Positions 41,940 to 59,851 of a DNA stretch of 64,000 bases are shown here, in pieces (within the stretch, counting starts at the first letter, position 1; every line of letters begins with the position of its first letter). The stretch is from the NCBI GenBank assembly GCA_951406725.2, contig OX597824.1, positions 58,590,001-58,654,000 of the forward strand. Direction: 5' to 3'. Below the pieces are notes generated by a model. That model had not been told where the DNA came from. It saw only the letters and a list, made by a program, of their open reading frames with translations, and ran no database searches. This DNA comes from Octopus vulgaris. Its lineage: Eukaryota. A program made the position numbers and the translations under genes.

Positions 41940-42489
41940 AAGGATTTATACATTTATACAAATATATGTACAATTTATGCATATAAATTTGGGTGTGCGT
42001 ACATGTGGATGTGGATGTGTGTATGTATGTGTGTGTACATATGTGTGCTTATGTGCGTGCACGTGCGCGTGTGTAAAGAAATAACTTCTGTATACACGCC
42101 AGTGTGCAGCCCTGTAAATGAAATTCTGTGTCGTTGGGTCCCAAACCGCTTCCTCACGTGAGGTTATAACGAGGCAAGTTAAATATTATGTGACGTCCAC
42201 ATGTTTGAGATGCGCCGCACGGTGGTAAAATTATCCATGGTAACTTTTCATTCCACAAGTAGTCAGCGTGAAAAACCAGTTAAGGGGAAAATTTAACAAA
42301 ATATATCATTAATTTATTCCCTTTTAAATACATTTATTATATTGAGGGCATTACTACACGTAAATGTCTCACGTTATAAGGGACTCTTAAAAGTCAAAAC
42401 TACCTTAATAGATATACAGCGAAGGAATGCAACTTGGAAGTCGTCTCTTAAAAACTTTCAGCCGCAAATCATATGATTTCATAGTTAGT

Positions 42490-42589
<100 letters not shown>

Positions 42590-44428
42590 ATACACACACA
42601 AACACACACACCACCCCACACCACACTCAGTGCATGATCCTGTAGGTAAGAAGTCTGCTTTGCAACTAAGTAATGGCAAACTTAATTCTACTCCCTTGCA
42701 TCTTGGGCAAATATGTTTTATCATAACCTCAGTTTCAGTTGTTCGTTCGACTAAACTTTTGGTTCATTGTGTATGGCTGAGTATTCCACAGACCTGTAAT
42801 GTAACAGAATTATCAAGCGGAATTAGCGTGACAAAATGGGATAAGACAGTTGTATCTTTGTAATACAGGTACAGCCCACCCGATGATCTTCCACGCAATT
42901 TCCGTCAAACCAATTTGGCCTACCGGGTTTAGCCCAACCCAAGCTTATAGGAAGAGCCATTTTCTCAATATGTCACAGTGTGGAATCTAACCTGGGACCT
43001 CAGGATTACCAAATGAACGTCTTAATTATTTGGTTTAATTCTAAAGTCACCCAAGGAACAGGAGTTGGTGTTAAACAAGAAAATAGGTAGAGTTTACACC
43101 CCAGAACAAAAATAATTATTCTGTTAGGATTGTGCACATTCTCTGTCGTTCAAATTCCACTGACGGAGACTTTAGCTAACTCATGGTTATGATAGATGCC
43201 ACTTATCCTAGGTCCTGCATCATGATATCAAACCAAAGAATACAGACCTGCTAACTGAACTTCTTAGTCGCACAACCAGCTATTCCTTCCGTAGAAACAA
43301 CGTACAAGTCCTTTTAACAGCTTCTGTGCTTCTAGTGCCAATATACAGCTAAACGTAGTTTTATTCAACACTGCCGTTTCTTTCTATTCCTTCATCTCAC
43401 CAGGAGTGGTAGTACGCATTGAATGATGGTGTGAGGCCTTTTAGCAATTCTGCTAATGTCGAATTATATAAGCTTTACTTTGTACCCAATTAACGTTAAA
43501 ATTTTAAATTTAAATACAAATGTCCCAGTTTCAATTGTTTGATCTCTTGCATTTACTTTAATTAGCAAATTACTAAAACATCAACACACCATTTGTGATT
43601 AATAAACTTTGCGTACATTTCTTGAGTTCCGTCTTAATTTTAAATCTTAAACACGCATGCACATTCACACTTACGTATAAAATCTAAATATGTCTTAAAC
43701 ATACACTCACGCACGCACGTACATACGTATGTATGCATGTATGTATGTATCTATGTACGTACGTACGTACGTATGTATGTATGTATGTATGTATGTATGT
43801 ATATGAACGTATATCTTTAAGTCTGTATAAGATTTAAACATGAGTATACCGCTCAATACTGAATCTTGCTAATCTTCATCATGTGTCAGTATAAGAGTAA
43901 CTTTTTATCTGTTGTCAGACTCACACAAAAATGAACATAAACTAACTCTCCTGTGAGCCGTAAAACATTTTCGCTGCAGCTGTGGAATGGTTTTTCTCAG
44001 TATTTCGATTTATTGGTCTTGAACGATGTCAGGCAATCTGCATCAAATATGATAACTCCCTTGTGGTTTTGAGAACTTGCATTATATTGCTGGAGGTTCA
44101 GCTCGTTTCAGTAATGTAAATCTTTTTAAATACAAATAATAAAGTTCAGTGGATTTATTAATAAAGATTTATAGCACGTAGTAGTATTTTTTTAATTAAC
44201 AAGACTATCATGTGACGACGTCTCCATATAGCAAAGACACACTCAGACACACACACATCTTTATATATGAAGTTACATATATTGTGCGACAACTGCCGTA
44301 CATTTATCAACAACTTCAGTACGTCTGTGAAGTGACAATGAAGTCTAAGCCGCTGTTGCTGCTGCTGCTGACAGTGATGATGAGGAGGAGGATGTGGAGG
44401 ATGATAGATTTTTCGTCAGTTAGTCCGC

Positions 44429-45039
44429 AATTTCGGAATGGCTGGATAGTTTTCTGCTCCCCATCGCAAAACGATCAAGTTCCTATATTCGGGATATCTT
44501 TGATTTTGTATCTAAAATCAACAACATTTTCAAGCACAGATGCCGTATAGAGAACTGTTTTTTGGTAACCATAGATGTTTCTTCTTTATATCCCAATATT
44601 GACCACAATGAAGGGGTAGAAGCATGCATGGATGCCTTCGAAAAGCGGTCAAACAAAAGTTTTCCATAAAATTTTCTCTGTAGATTATTGAGGTTTGTGT
44701 TAGAAAGTAACACAATGAAGTTTAAACACAGATTTTACCACCAGTGAATTCCATCAGAAATCATAACAGAAATGTTATAATTTATACAGAAGGTGGCATA
44801 TGTAAAGATTCCCATTTGGTGTACGTTGCAGAATGCACGAAACACTACTTAATTTATAAACGACAGAACAATGAAACAAAAGGCACAATAACAGTAGTTC
44901 GACAGAACTTGCTGAACATTTCGTTTCAAGCGGCTTTAATTTTGAAGAAGACTTGAAAGTGCATATTCTCAGAAAATATTCTGAATCTGCTTTACTTTCA
45001 CTTCTCAGAATGTATGAGGCGAAATATGTTTGCGGGTTA
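44429..45039 (+). repeat. 611-bp near-identical copy of 37938-38548 (internal part of the deleted PLE)
   Basis: The offset is a constant 6491 bp with about 4 substitutions by eye. The copy shares the same premature stop and internal deletion. Confidence 0.95.
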
Positions 45040-47549
45040 ATCATCAGGGTCCTGTCTAAGGTATCGCGCTGTTGTGATCGAACGACGAATCTTCTGACCA
45101 CAAATAAATTTTTCTCCCCACTCGGTTATACTTGCATATTCTATGGCCTCCATGTGAGAAAAAGCAACACACATCTAATCACGTACAGCTGACCTCAGGT
45201 TAAACAACGTGCGAGCGCGCAAGTGAGAGTCAGAGGAATTAATAACACAGGGGGACAATTTTAAGCATAACTTCTATTGAGTTTGCTTTCTCACTTGATT
45301 TAGACTAAAATTGGCATGCTGATTTCAAAAATACACTCAGTTATCTTGAGTACAACTGTATTGTTTGTCCACAAGTAATGGGACTGGTCAGCTGCTTGTA
45401 TAATTTTATTCACAACACTGGGGAACATATCTAAAAAAACTAGTTGTCTTGCTTTTTACAATTAGTCCTAATTAATTTGATGGTGTTGAGTTCAGAAATA
45501 CCCTCAGAAATTTCTATCACGCCGTATTTTTTGTTAAACAGAAATGTCGTTTTTGCTATTAAACACCATACTGAAATAAGAAACTAACGAGAAACAAATA
45601 GTACTTTTTATTGTTTAACAAATATATTACATAAAATTTTTAATTACACATCTTAGGATATATATTTCTGTCAGGCTGGTATTTCAACTATCCAAGAAGT
45701 GAACTTTCTCTTTACTGTAAGAAATTTTGCCTTGTCATATAAATGTGTGTGTGAGTGAGTGTGTCTGTGCACGTGCGTAGGTGTGTGTGTGTATGTGTGT
45801 GTGTGCGTGTGTGTATATGTGTGTGTGTGTGTGCGTGTGTGTGTGTATGTGTGTGTGTTTGTGTGTGTGTTGATGAATGGATAACAACGTTATATTTGAG
45901 ATGTTACAGAGAATCCACTTTCCTCCGCAACAGCTCCAAAATATAACTTACATATCGCCACTCACAAAATAATATTCCAATACTGCCACTATGGATAATA
46001 ATGACTTTAGCATCGGCGTTTCCAGGCCAATTCCTTAATTGTTGATTTAGATTCTGATAACACACAATTCTATAATTGAATTGTATAAACTAATTGCACT
46101 TGTAATGATTTCATCTTTCGTGTCATTCAGCGTTTCATTAATTATGAATAATTCATCATTATAAACATGTCACCTAACACAAACATATTCTTTCTTAACC
46201 AAAAGTTTGCGTTGATCCAGCTGAAATGTGATCAAATGCATTCCAGATATGACCGTGCCATCTTTTCAGGGACATCTAGAATTATATTGTCATATGTGTT
46301 CTACTTATTTTTAAGAATATGTAATGAGAACCGGTTGGGATTTCTAACAAATTGATTGACTTCTAGAGTACATAAGTTCCTTCAGTGCTCTTGGCTGGAA
46401 TCGTTGGGTATTTCGACATTCAAATCTTAAACCGTTTGCTGACGAAATCTTCAGTACGTGGCTATTGGAATATAAGTTACATTCCTCAATATTTTTTAGT
46501 TATGGATTCATTATTTCTCTCAGCACAGATGTAGCGTCACAGGCAATTCATCCTGGTACTACAAATGGAACCCATCACTAATATAGTGGCCCACTCATCA
46601 CAAACATTTTTGTTATTTCTCATTGGTATTCAGAGCTAGAACTAGTTTTATCAGAGTTGTCATACAGAGAGAAATACCAGCTAAAACTCTCACAGATTCA
46701 ACAACCTACTAAAGTGGCCAATGATGCAGCCTACCGTCTTATAAAAAGGAAGACACTTTGAGTGGTGTAGTCTCAGATATACATAGATATGAATCAATGA
46801 CAAGTGAGATGTCTTTTGCCAAAGGTCTGCTCGTTAAAGAAAACAATGCTTTAATGTCGATGGCTGCCTGAATTCCCGATTAAAATTGTTCCCAGTAGCA
46901 CTCCCAATCATGTCAATTTACACATCTATTTTATTTTATTTATTTATTTATTTGCTTGCAAGTAACGGCTGCATCATTGGCCACTTTAGTTGGTAGGCCA
47001 AAGAAGCTGTCTAAATTATTGCCAGCCTTCATATTGTGACTTATTAGATTACGTCATTTCCTAACAGAATGCCTTTTGTATTGTTCAGGAGGAGAGGCAG
47101 TTCCTGATAATCCATTTTTAGGGCCAAAGAAACTGATGAAGAGGTAGAAGAGAAAGAGACCAGGACTCAGGCCGAAGATCGGATCCTAAATTTTGCAATG
47201 GAATGTATTCCAGATAAATACCCCATGTGGTGTTATTGGAATGGGCGAGGAATTAAATCTTTCATGCAAGAAAGAAAAAGAAAGAAAGCGAAAAGTCTTC
47301 ATTACTATATCAAACCAGAGCAATATAATTTTCATTTAGCTCTTGTTACTAATTGACGGTTTGATTATTCTCATATCAGTGAATGTTGTAACGTAAACCT
47401 CCTTAATTGTCACAACGGCTCATTTTATAATGTCTTATAACGATTATTATTGCACACAGCGTGGAAATGTAATTTGAAACATGTACTTGTCTATTAATGG
47501 TGATGTGTCTATGGTAGACATGAATCTATGATTTAAATAAATGTATTTA

Positions 47550-47722
47550 AAGGTGATAATAGAAAAGCGAAACCGTTAACCTTATGTTACTTAACTGGAT
47601 CTATGCTCAAAGCCCAGCAATGCTGGAATATGTATATATATATATTCCAGCATTGCTGGGCTTTGAGCATAGATCCAGTTAAATAACATAAGGTTAACGG
47701 TTTCGCTTTTCTATTATCACCT

Positions 47723-47723
<1 letters not shown>
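47550..47723. repeat. Near-perfect ~82-bp-arm palindrome with a TA-rich centre, abutting (TA)n
   Basis: aaggtgataatag..gctggaata(t) / (a)tattccagc..ctattatcacctt, with one mismatch seen. Confidence 0.95.
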
Positions 47724-47756
<33 letters not shown>

Positions 47757-48736
47757 TATGTGTGTGTGTATGTAAGTATGTCTGTATGTATGTATGTGTA
47801 TATGTATATGTGTGTGTATGGGTGTGTTTATATATATTATATATGCATATATATCTATATAACTATATATATATAGAGAGAGAGAGAGTGTGTGGGAGAG
47901 AGAGGGAGAGAGATAAATAGATCGAATGAGGCGATGGGCAGTTTCTCCCTCCCATATTCACTTACAAAGCATTGGTCAACCTAATGTTCCAGTATACGTC
48001 ACTTGTCGAAGGTGACGCACAGTGGGATCGAACCCAGAATCACGTGGTTACAAATCGATTTTCTTAATTAATTAAACATTCAAGCACCCACAAATGAATA
48101 AACTTTTTCCTGCTCTCTACATTTTGCCTTAGCTTTTTATTTCATGCTGGTTTGCAGGATCGCTAACATAAAGTACCTATTGCTTATTTGTGATGAATAT
48201 AATCCAGCGTTTGTCTCTTTATGTGAAAGTAGGAAATAATTTACCTGTTGCACACCTTTTAACTTCTATGTACGAATCGAACTTAAGCAGACATCGCTTT
48301 TTATTCATAGTCATGTTTTGTAGGGCCCCTACACCAAGTATTTTCAAAGTTGTGACTAACTGAAAGATCGATAAATGAAATCGAAATTTAGACCAAGTTA
48401 ATCCATCACATAATTACTATATCCCACTGATGGTAACAAGTATGTATGTGTGTAAGAATAAAGATGTACACAAGCATTCATAAATGCGTTCAGCCTTTTT
48501 CTTACAAATATATAAACACACAACCACACGCACTCATACACACACAGGCACACGCACAAAGAGGCATTCTGGCAAAGTATTGACTGAGGCAGAATAAATG
48601 GGAGATTTAGATATTTGGTCAGTTTAATCACGAATCAATATACGTACGTACGTATGTATGTATGTATGTATGTATGTATGTATGTATGTATGTATGTATG
48701 TATGTATGTATGTATGTATGTATGTATGTATGTATG

Positions 48737-48805
<69 letters not shown>

Positions 48806-48807
<2 letters not shown>

Positions 48808-49200
48808 TCTCTTTACTCTTTTACTTGTTTCAGTCATTTGACTGCGGCCATGCTGCAGCACCGCCTTTAATCGAGCAACTCGACCCCAGCACTTATTCTT
48901 TTGTAAGCCCAATACTTATTATATCGGTCGCTTTTGCCGAACCGCTAAGTAACGGGGACATAAACACACCAGCATCGGTTGTCAAGCAATGCTAGAGGGA
49001 CAAACACAGACACACAAACATAAACATACATATATACGACGGACTTCTTTCAGTTTCCGTCAACCAAATCCACTCACAAGGCTTTGGTCGGCCCGAGGCT
49101 ATAGTAGAAGATACTTGCCCAAGGTGCCACGCAATGGGACTTAACCCGGAACCATGTGGTTGGTAAACAAGCTACTTACCACACAGCCACTCCTGCGCCT
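48806..49200 (-). mobile_element. Near full-length tRNA-like SINE, family A, between (TA)n tracts
   Basis: Highly similar to 21488-21903. Confidence 0.9.
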
Positions 49201-49205
49201 ATATA

Positions 49206-49312
<107 letters not shown>

Positions 49313-49727
49313 ATGGTTTGTTGCCAACTTAATGTGGAAGTCCCAGTAAAGGGAAGAATGCTACTGCTATTTAGCTCCAGGAAACACCGTTTCCAGTTGG
49401 CTATATCACACAAGCGTACTGTGTCCTTATACATACATACACACAAACATGCGTTGCAACATACATACATACATACATACATACATACATACACACATAC
49501 ATACATGCATTCGTACATACATACATACATACATACATACATACATGCGTTCGTACATACATATATACATACATACATACACATACATACATTCATACAT
49601 GCATATATACATATATATAATACTTAGATGCATAATACATACATACATACATACATACATACATACATACATACATACATACATACAAACATACATACAT
49701 ACATACATACATACATACATACATACA

Positions 49728-49760
<33 letters not shown>

Positions 49761-50452
49761 GACCATATATACCTTGTGACTGCTAAGGGACAGCGACTGG
49801 AATTAAATATCACTTTTGTCATCAATTTTAAAATGAAAATGACGACCACACTGACAGCGGATGTCTCGTTGTGCTGCGAACTGTCAAATAAATACACCCG
49901 TCTCGGCTTCGGAAGTAAACTTTGTGCGCGCGCGCGTGTGTATGTGTATGTGTATGTGTGTGAATGTGTGTGTGTGTGTGTTTGTGTGTGCGTGTGACAC
50001 AGAGAGAAAGAAAGACAGCGTGTATGTGCGTATATGGCTGGAACAGTATATCTGTGTGTATATGTGTATTGTGGGTGTGAGTGAGAGAATAAGACAATGA
50101 TGCTGTTGGTTTGTGGGAAAAACGAATGACGAGAGTCTTAAGAAAATAGTTGGGCAAAAGCATCATGAATCAATCTATGTATAAAGCGTTCAGTTGAGTT
50201 GGCTGGCGATAATAAATGAACTGCTAGCCTTGTGGCGCCCAATCTCTTTCCCATTGGTTTTCTTGTAATTCAATCTCTTCATTGCTGCTCGACGGCCGTT
50301 GCCTCTACCTAAAGGCTAGCTGCCACATTTTCAGCCATCCAGACAGAGCAAACAACCCAGAATTTACAATTGCAAGCGCTACTTTAGTAAGACATTAATA
50401 TATTAACAGCAACAACAATAGTAATACTATATGTATGCATTGTATTTATATG

Positions 50453-50581
<129 letters not shown>

Positions 50582-50761
50582 AACTTACTTGGAAGTGGAT
50601 GCGTGGCGTTCGATCATATAATAACAAAATAATATATAAAACATGCATATATACATTGTATATGTATACATTTATATGCATATATATCAGCAGACATACA
50701 CACAGACATATATATGTGGGTGGGTGGGTGTGTGCGTGTGTGAGTCTGTGCATGTATATGT

Positions 50762-50799
<38 letters not shown>

Positions 50800-50986
50800 T
50801 TATATATATATTTCAACATGAGTTTAAAGGGATAAATTGTCCTGGCGGTAACCATGTTTCCTTTCAAGTCAGTTTCAGATGTCAGCTACCCATAATGGTC
50901 TTTATGTGCTACCCGAGTTGTTAGGCCCTCGCTAGGTGAATCCGAGTGTCCTTCTCAGGACTGCATTATGTTCCATTGAGCAAGTA

Positions 50987-51857
50987 ATAGTATGAATAAT
51001 GATAAGGAGAACGGAGACTTTTCACATTTATAATTTTATTTAACTGTTATTTACAGCACCTTTTCGGGACCTATACGTGTTTTGACCGCAGCTACTGCCT
51101 CGGTGAGTTGATCTGGTCGCTGTTAGCCACAGTAAGTCGATTTGTCGCTGAAAGATAGTAACAAAATATATTCGATAGGCTAGGATATTATTACCAACGC
51201 TAAATCTTTTAGAATAGAGGATAAGAGATGCGACCTATGGCGTTGAAGAATTGTACCAAATTTCTAAATTTAATCTAATAATCACAAAACAAGAACGCGC
51301 TCAAAGATGCCTTAATACAAGAAAATTTACATTTAAATAATTTAAATAAGCACATTATACTTTATACAATAATAAACATTATTTCAATTACAATTAAGAA
51401 ACCAAGAACCAAAAACCAAATCAAACGTAATGGAATACCTCTACACGAAGAATATACTCTTGAAAATGATTGGAATAATGAACTTTTAATATTAATGATA
51501 AATCTACACATGCATTCAATCCAACCTTGACCTATTTTTAGGATTATGTTTCGCGTCACCTACACACATTTAGTAGAGGTGAACTCCAGATTAAGATCCC
51601 TATTAATAACGGTACCCCTACCTTACTCTAGATACGTTATTCACTCAGTTAATCGGTTCTTTCAGTTTTACTTCGAAACGTCAGAGAGCGTAGACCCTGG
51701 TAAAACTACACCAGCCATGATACTAGGTTGCAAATCTAACAGTGTACAGTCGCTGCAGTGGAAACATTTGTAGGTCCCGAAAAGATGCTGTAAATAATTC
51801 TTAGATAACATTATGGATGTGAAAAATCTCCATTCTCCTTATCATTATTAATACTAT
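50987..51857 (+). mobile_element. Element with diverged ~115-bp inverted ends and a decayed hammerhead
   Basis: 50987-51100 is the inverse of about 51745-51857. The motif GACC-CUGGUAA...GAAA-C-AUUU-G-UA|GGUC lies at 51693-51776. Confidence 0.6.
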
Positions 51858-51878
51858 ACACACACACACACATATATG

Positions 51879-51927
<49 letters not shown>

Positions 51928-51929
<2 letters not shown>

Positions 51930-52756
51930 CGAGTTGGTATCAAAGTTTCTGATATTGCTGATGTTGTTAGTCTGTCGTATGGGTCCGTGCAGGCAATCCT
52001 AATGTCTGAATTGAACATGCAGTGTGTCTCTGCCAAGTTCGTTTCCAGCTTGCTGAACTGATCAGAAAGAACATTGCGTCGAAGTCTGTCAAAATCTCCG
52101 TCAGCGTGATGCCGATGACCCATCTTTTATGTCGAGGATCATGACCAATGATAAGAGTTGGATGTACGGGTACGACCCTGAGACGAAGCAGTAGTCGTCA
52201 CAACGGAAGATGCTTTCATCTCCACGACCGAAGAAGGCACGACAGAGCCGCAGCTCAACCAAGAGCATGCTCATCGTTTTTTTCGACATCCGAGGTACTG
52301 TGCATCAAGAATTCACCCTCAGAGTCAAACCGTAAATCGGGAGTTCTAAAACGACATTTTTCAGTATTGTGGGGTGGAGTGCATACGGCGAAAGTGACTG
52401 GAACTGTGGGCAACGAAGAACTGGATTCCTCACGACGAAAATGCACCCTCTCACCGAGCTCGCCAATAACAACATGGTATCGCTTCCGCACCCACCCTAT
52501 TCACCAGGTTTAGCACCTGCAGATTTCCTTCTCTTTCCCAAGATGAAAAAGCAGCTCAAAGGTCACCGTTTTAACACTGTTGTCGAGGTCAAGAGCAAAT
52601 CGCATAAGGTTGGATTCCAAAAGTGGCAGGAACGCGGATATTGGTGTATTGCTGCACAAGGTGATTATTTCGAAGGATCTGATGTTAAAACTTAGGTAAA
52701 TTAGTTATCTTTTATAAAACATAACAAGTACTGGAACTTTTTGACCCCTCCTCGTA
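51928..52756 (+). mobile_element. Mariner (DD34D-type) transposon relic
   Basis: WMYGYDPETKQ..SPRPKKARQSRS..KSMLIVFFDIRG, and LPHPPYSPGLAPADFLLFPKMKKQLKGHRF. The right end is ggaactttttgacccctcctcgta followed by TA. Confidence 0.9.
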
Positions 52757-53981
52757 TATATCATACTGTAGCTACTTAGCACATGACCTAATATTTCTAA
52801 TACAAATCTCAGATATTATTAATGCTTACCTTTTTGTACATAGTACGCTTTTTCTTTAATTATGCACACCAAAGTAAGTACCTACCAGTATGTGTGTGTG
52901 TTTGTGTGTGCGTATGCACGTGTGTGTATGTGTGTGCATGTGTGTGCATGTGTGTGTATGTGTGTATGCTTGCGCGCATGTGTGTGCATGTGTTTGTCAT
53001 ATACGTATGTATGCATGTATCTATTTCTAACAAAATCGAGAGTGCAACGATCAAAATAAATTATGCCATTAACTTCCGTTTCTTCATATTCTGATTACAA
53101 GTCCTTACTTCACTGTTCATAATAAAAGTAATAGCAAAAGCGTATTTACAAGTACTGACTTCGATATTATTGACTAAAACCTATCAAAGTAATGCTACAG
53201 CTTAACCATAGCCTTCTGATGAAACCAGTAAAAAGAATATAGAACCAACGCAAGGACACGCATTTCTGACGAAAGAGGAAAGGAGAAGTTTTTGATAGAA
53301 TTCACAGATATTTTGTTTCACTCTGACCTTCCATAGTTTTAACCTCGACTATTATAAGATACTTAGATGTGTTGTTTCACTCTTCCGTAGCTTTCAGTCG
53401 CGTGAATCAATATCTCCTTGTAGGTGATAGATGGCTGCTGAATGAAATGAGCCCTGCAACGCGAAGTAATGAATAATTCATTTCCACAATCCTGCCACTT
53501 CTTATAGCGGTGGAGTATTTCCACCCTGTCTTACCTATAAGAATCTAAATGGAATCGGCTGATGAGTGAAAGGGTCATTCTTTAAATCTCGGCCTGTAAA
53601 ATAAGTTTGAAGAGCAACTCTCGTTTAATTTTTTTCTCATTGATTAGCTACACGTGATAATATATTGAACACAAATCGCTGATTGGTTACTAAATTTGAA
53701 TTCAATAATTACAGTTGTCAGGTACCTGAAATCAAGACTTAGTTGGTGCATGAATAAAGTGTCTCCGCGAAGGAAATGATGCAGTCTCGCTGACGTGGCA
53801 CGATTCCGTAGCAACTGGATTCGGTTTCCGGTGATCTAATGACTCTTGATAACTAGACTTGGTAGATGTTAATGTATAAGGAAAAATGTGAATGTGTCCG
53901 TGCGTGCGTGCGTGCGCGCGATCTTAATCATCTAAGTCAGGCGGTCGAAATAATGACGAAAGCAACCATCAAAATTCAGAG

Positions 53982-54014
<33 letters not shown>

Positions 54015-54019
<5 letters not shown>

Positions 54020-54913
54020 GGTGCAGTGAATAAACTGCCGTCAAAATTATGCAAAAATGAAAATAACACTGACATCTCATTTTAACAGATATTATATTGA
54101 TATTTACCAAAATTACATAAAAATATCTTGAAATACTAAAGAGTAAATTTATTCAATAAAATCGTAATTGGCGTATCCATGGCCTCCAGACGACTTCAGA
54201 ATCTCCTGCAGTTATTCTGGACGGTCTCTTTGTTTAAGTTGGTGAATGTTGCCATAATCCTTGCCTTCAGTTCATCTTTCCTGTTATAAGGAGTTTTGTT
54301 GGTCTCTCACTCAACTGCACCCCACACATAATAATCAGGGGAGTTGCAGTCGGAAGAGTTAGTTGGCCAGATGTTGGGAGGGATCTAGTCGCAGAAATTG
54401 TCTGACAGATATGACTGGGTTCTCCTGCTTCTTGTGTGGCATGGTGCAGAGACCTGTTGCCAGACATGGGGTCTTCCAGTAGCCACCCTCTTGACCCAGG
54501 GCAGCACTATCTCCTCCAGGCACTTGACGTAGGCCTCTGTGTTGAGTCTGAGGCCGTGTGGCAAGATGAATAGAGGCATAACGTCGCAATTGCTAGTGAT
54601 TATTCCAAACATCATGATGTTGACTGGATGTTTGATTTTTATCACTCTTGGTATATATCCTCAGGTTTGCACTGTCCTCAGATTGACACCCAAACGGTCT
54701 AAAATGTTCGTATTGGAGCTTCCGGCGCGAATGCAAAGCAGTACATTGTGTGGTTTCCAAATTTCTGGTAAAGTAAATTGCGTCATGGTGCTGTTTTTCT
54801 CACAGACGGTTCCAAACTGAGCCTATTATACTGTATAGTCGACAAAATTAAAAACAAAAAAGCGCATGCCCGAAATTAGAAATAGAAAATGATAGTTTAC
54901 CCATTGCACAGTA
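54015..54913 (-). mobile_element. maT/DD37D-like transposon relic with TIR-like ends in TA context
   Basis: KHPVNIMMFGIITS..WQQVSAPCHT..SDCNSPDYYVWGAVERETNK. Ends are tacagggtgcagtgaataaactg and gatagtttacccattgcacagta. Confidence 0.85.
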
Positions 54914-54921
54914 TGTATATG

Positions 54922-54975
<54 letters not shown>

Positions 54976-54981
<6 letters not shown>

Positions 54982-55980
54982 CGTACAAAAGTCTTCGGCC
55001 ACTTTAAGCTATCGTAATTTTCTACTAATTGCCAACTTGTAAGTGGATATTTCACATTGCAGTTTTTTACAGATGAAACTTAGCCCTTTTGGAGTCACTT
55101 CCATACCTAATCATTTTATTTAGTAGAAAGGGTTCTGAATGAGAGTTGAAGATACGAGACGACCACCAAAATTGGTCATGCAAAAAATTTTCGGCCACCT
55201 CACATAAACCAATCAAGATACAGTATTTCAAAACAGATAAATGTCTATGATGAAAATTTATTACATTGTGTTCAATTCAAGAAGTTACAGTGCATTGTTA
55301 ATATTTTGTGTGGCTTCCCTTAGCTTGAATAATTGGTTCAGTGCGCCTGGGAAATCCTTCACCATCTTCACGGGTATGAGATGCTATTCTCTGAGGCTGA
55401 GCTCTCACAACTCTTCAATATAGTATGGATTCTTCTGACGAACTCTTCTCTTTAGTTCTGTCTACATTTGCTCGATGATATTTAAGGCAGGGCTCTGTGT
55501 TTGCCAATCTTTCAAAACGGTAACACCTTCATCAGCCACACTCTGTTATGTTGCACGTGATCTGCGGCATGAAACTTCTTCATGCTGAAAAATCTCGCCT
55601 TCACCATCCAAGTCTGGTATCAAATCGTCCTCCGGCAACTGGATGTATCTGGTACTATTCAAGTTACCGTCAATTTTAACCAACTGTCTTGAACCATCCC
55701 TTTTTATGTATCCTCAAAGCATCAGACTCTCTTTCTAATGAGCGATTTGTCAGAAGACCTCCAGGAAAGTGAAACGTTCCACGTTACATGATGAATACAG
55801 TGAAGTTTGGGGGTTCGTGGGTAAGAGTCTGATGCTTTGAGGATTCATAAAAAGTGATGGTTCAATAAAGTTGGTTAAAATTGACGGTAACTTGAATAGA
55901 GCCAAATACCTACAGTTGCTGAAGAACAATTTGATACCAGACTTGAATGAAGGTGACATTTTTCAGAATGATGGAGATTC
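54976..55980. mobile_element. Tc1-like transposase relics in inverted arrangement (minus about 55300-55740, plus about 55750-55980)
   Basis: VKIDGNLNRAKYLQLLKNNLIPDLNEGDIFQNDG on plus. A homologous segment on minus includes DEGVTVLKDWQTQSPALNIIEQM. A CAGT-starting end lies at 54976. Confidence 0.75.
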
Positions 55981-56318
55981 TATGGGCTTCTACATTAGGG
56001 CTTCTCAACCAGGGTCCAAATGGCCCTTGGGGATCCATATAAGATTTTTTTTGTTAAAAATTATGTGCAATAAATTGGCTACTCTTCTACAATACACAAA
56101 ATATTTCACAATTTATTTTATACAATTCCTAATAATATTTAATTATGAAAATAATATAGTAGACAATTTTGAACATAGAATGGTTATGTAGGCCTATCCG
56201 AGTAAAATAGGAGTCAAAGAGGTTCTTGGGTAAAAAATAGTTGAGAAACACTGCTCTACATAGTGACACATATTGCTAGTGAAATAGGTTTTTGCGGTAA
56301 AAGCAGGATCTTCCACAG

Positions 56319-59851
<3,533 letters not shown>

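Noticed and set aside
53557-53580. CUGAUGAGUGAAAGGGUC
   Set aside because: There is no room for stem II between CUGAUGA and GAAA.
55505-55540. CUGAUGA...GAAA on the minus strand resembling a hammerhead
   Set aside because: It is Tc1 transposase coding sequence (ADEGVTVLKDW), and stems I-III do not form.
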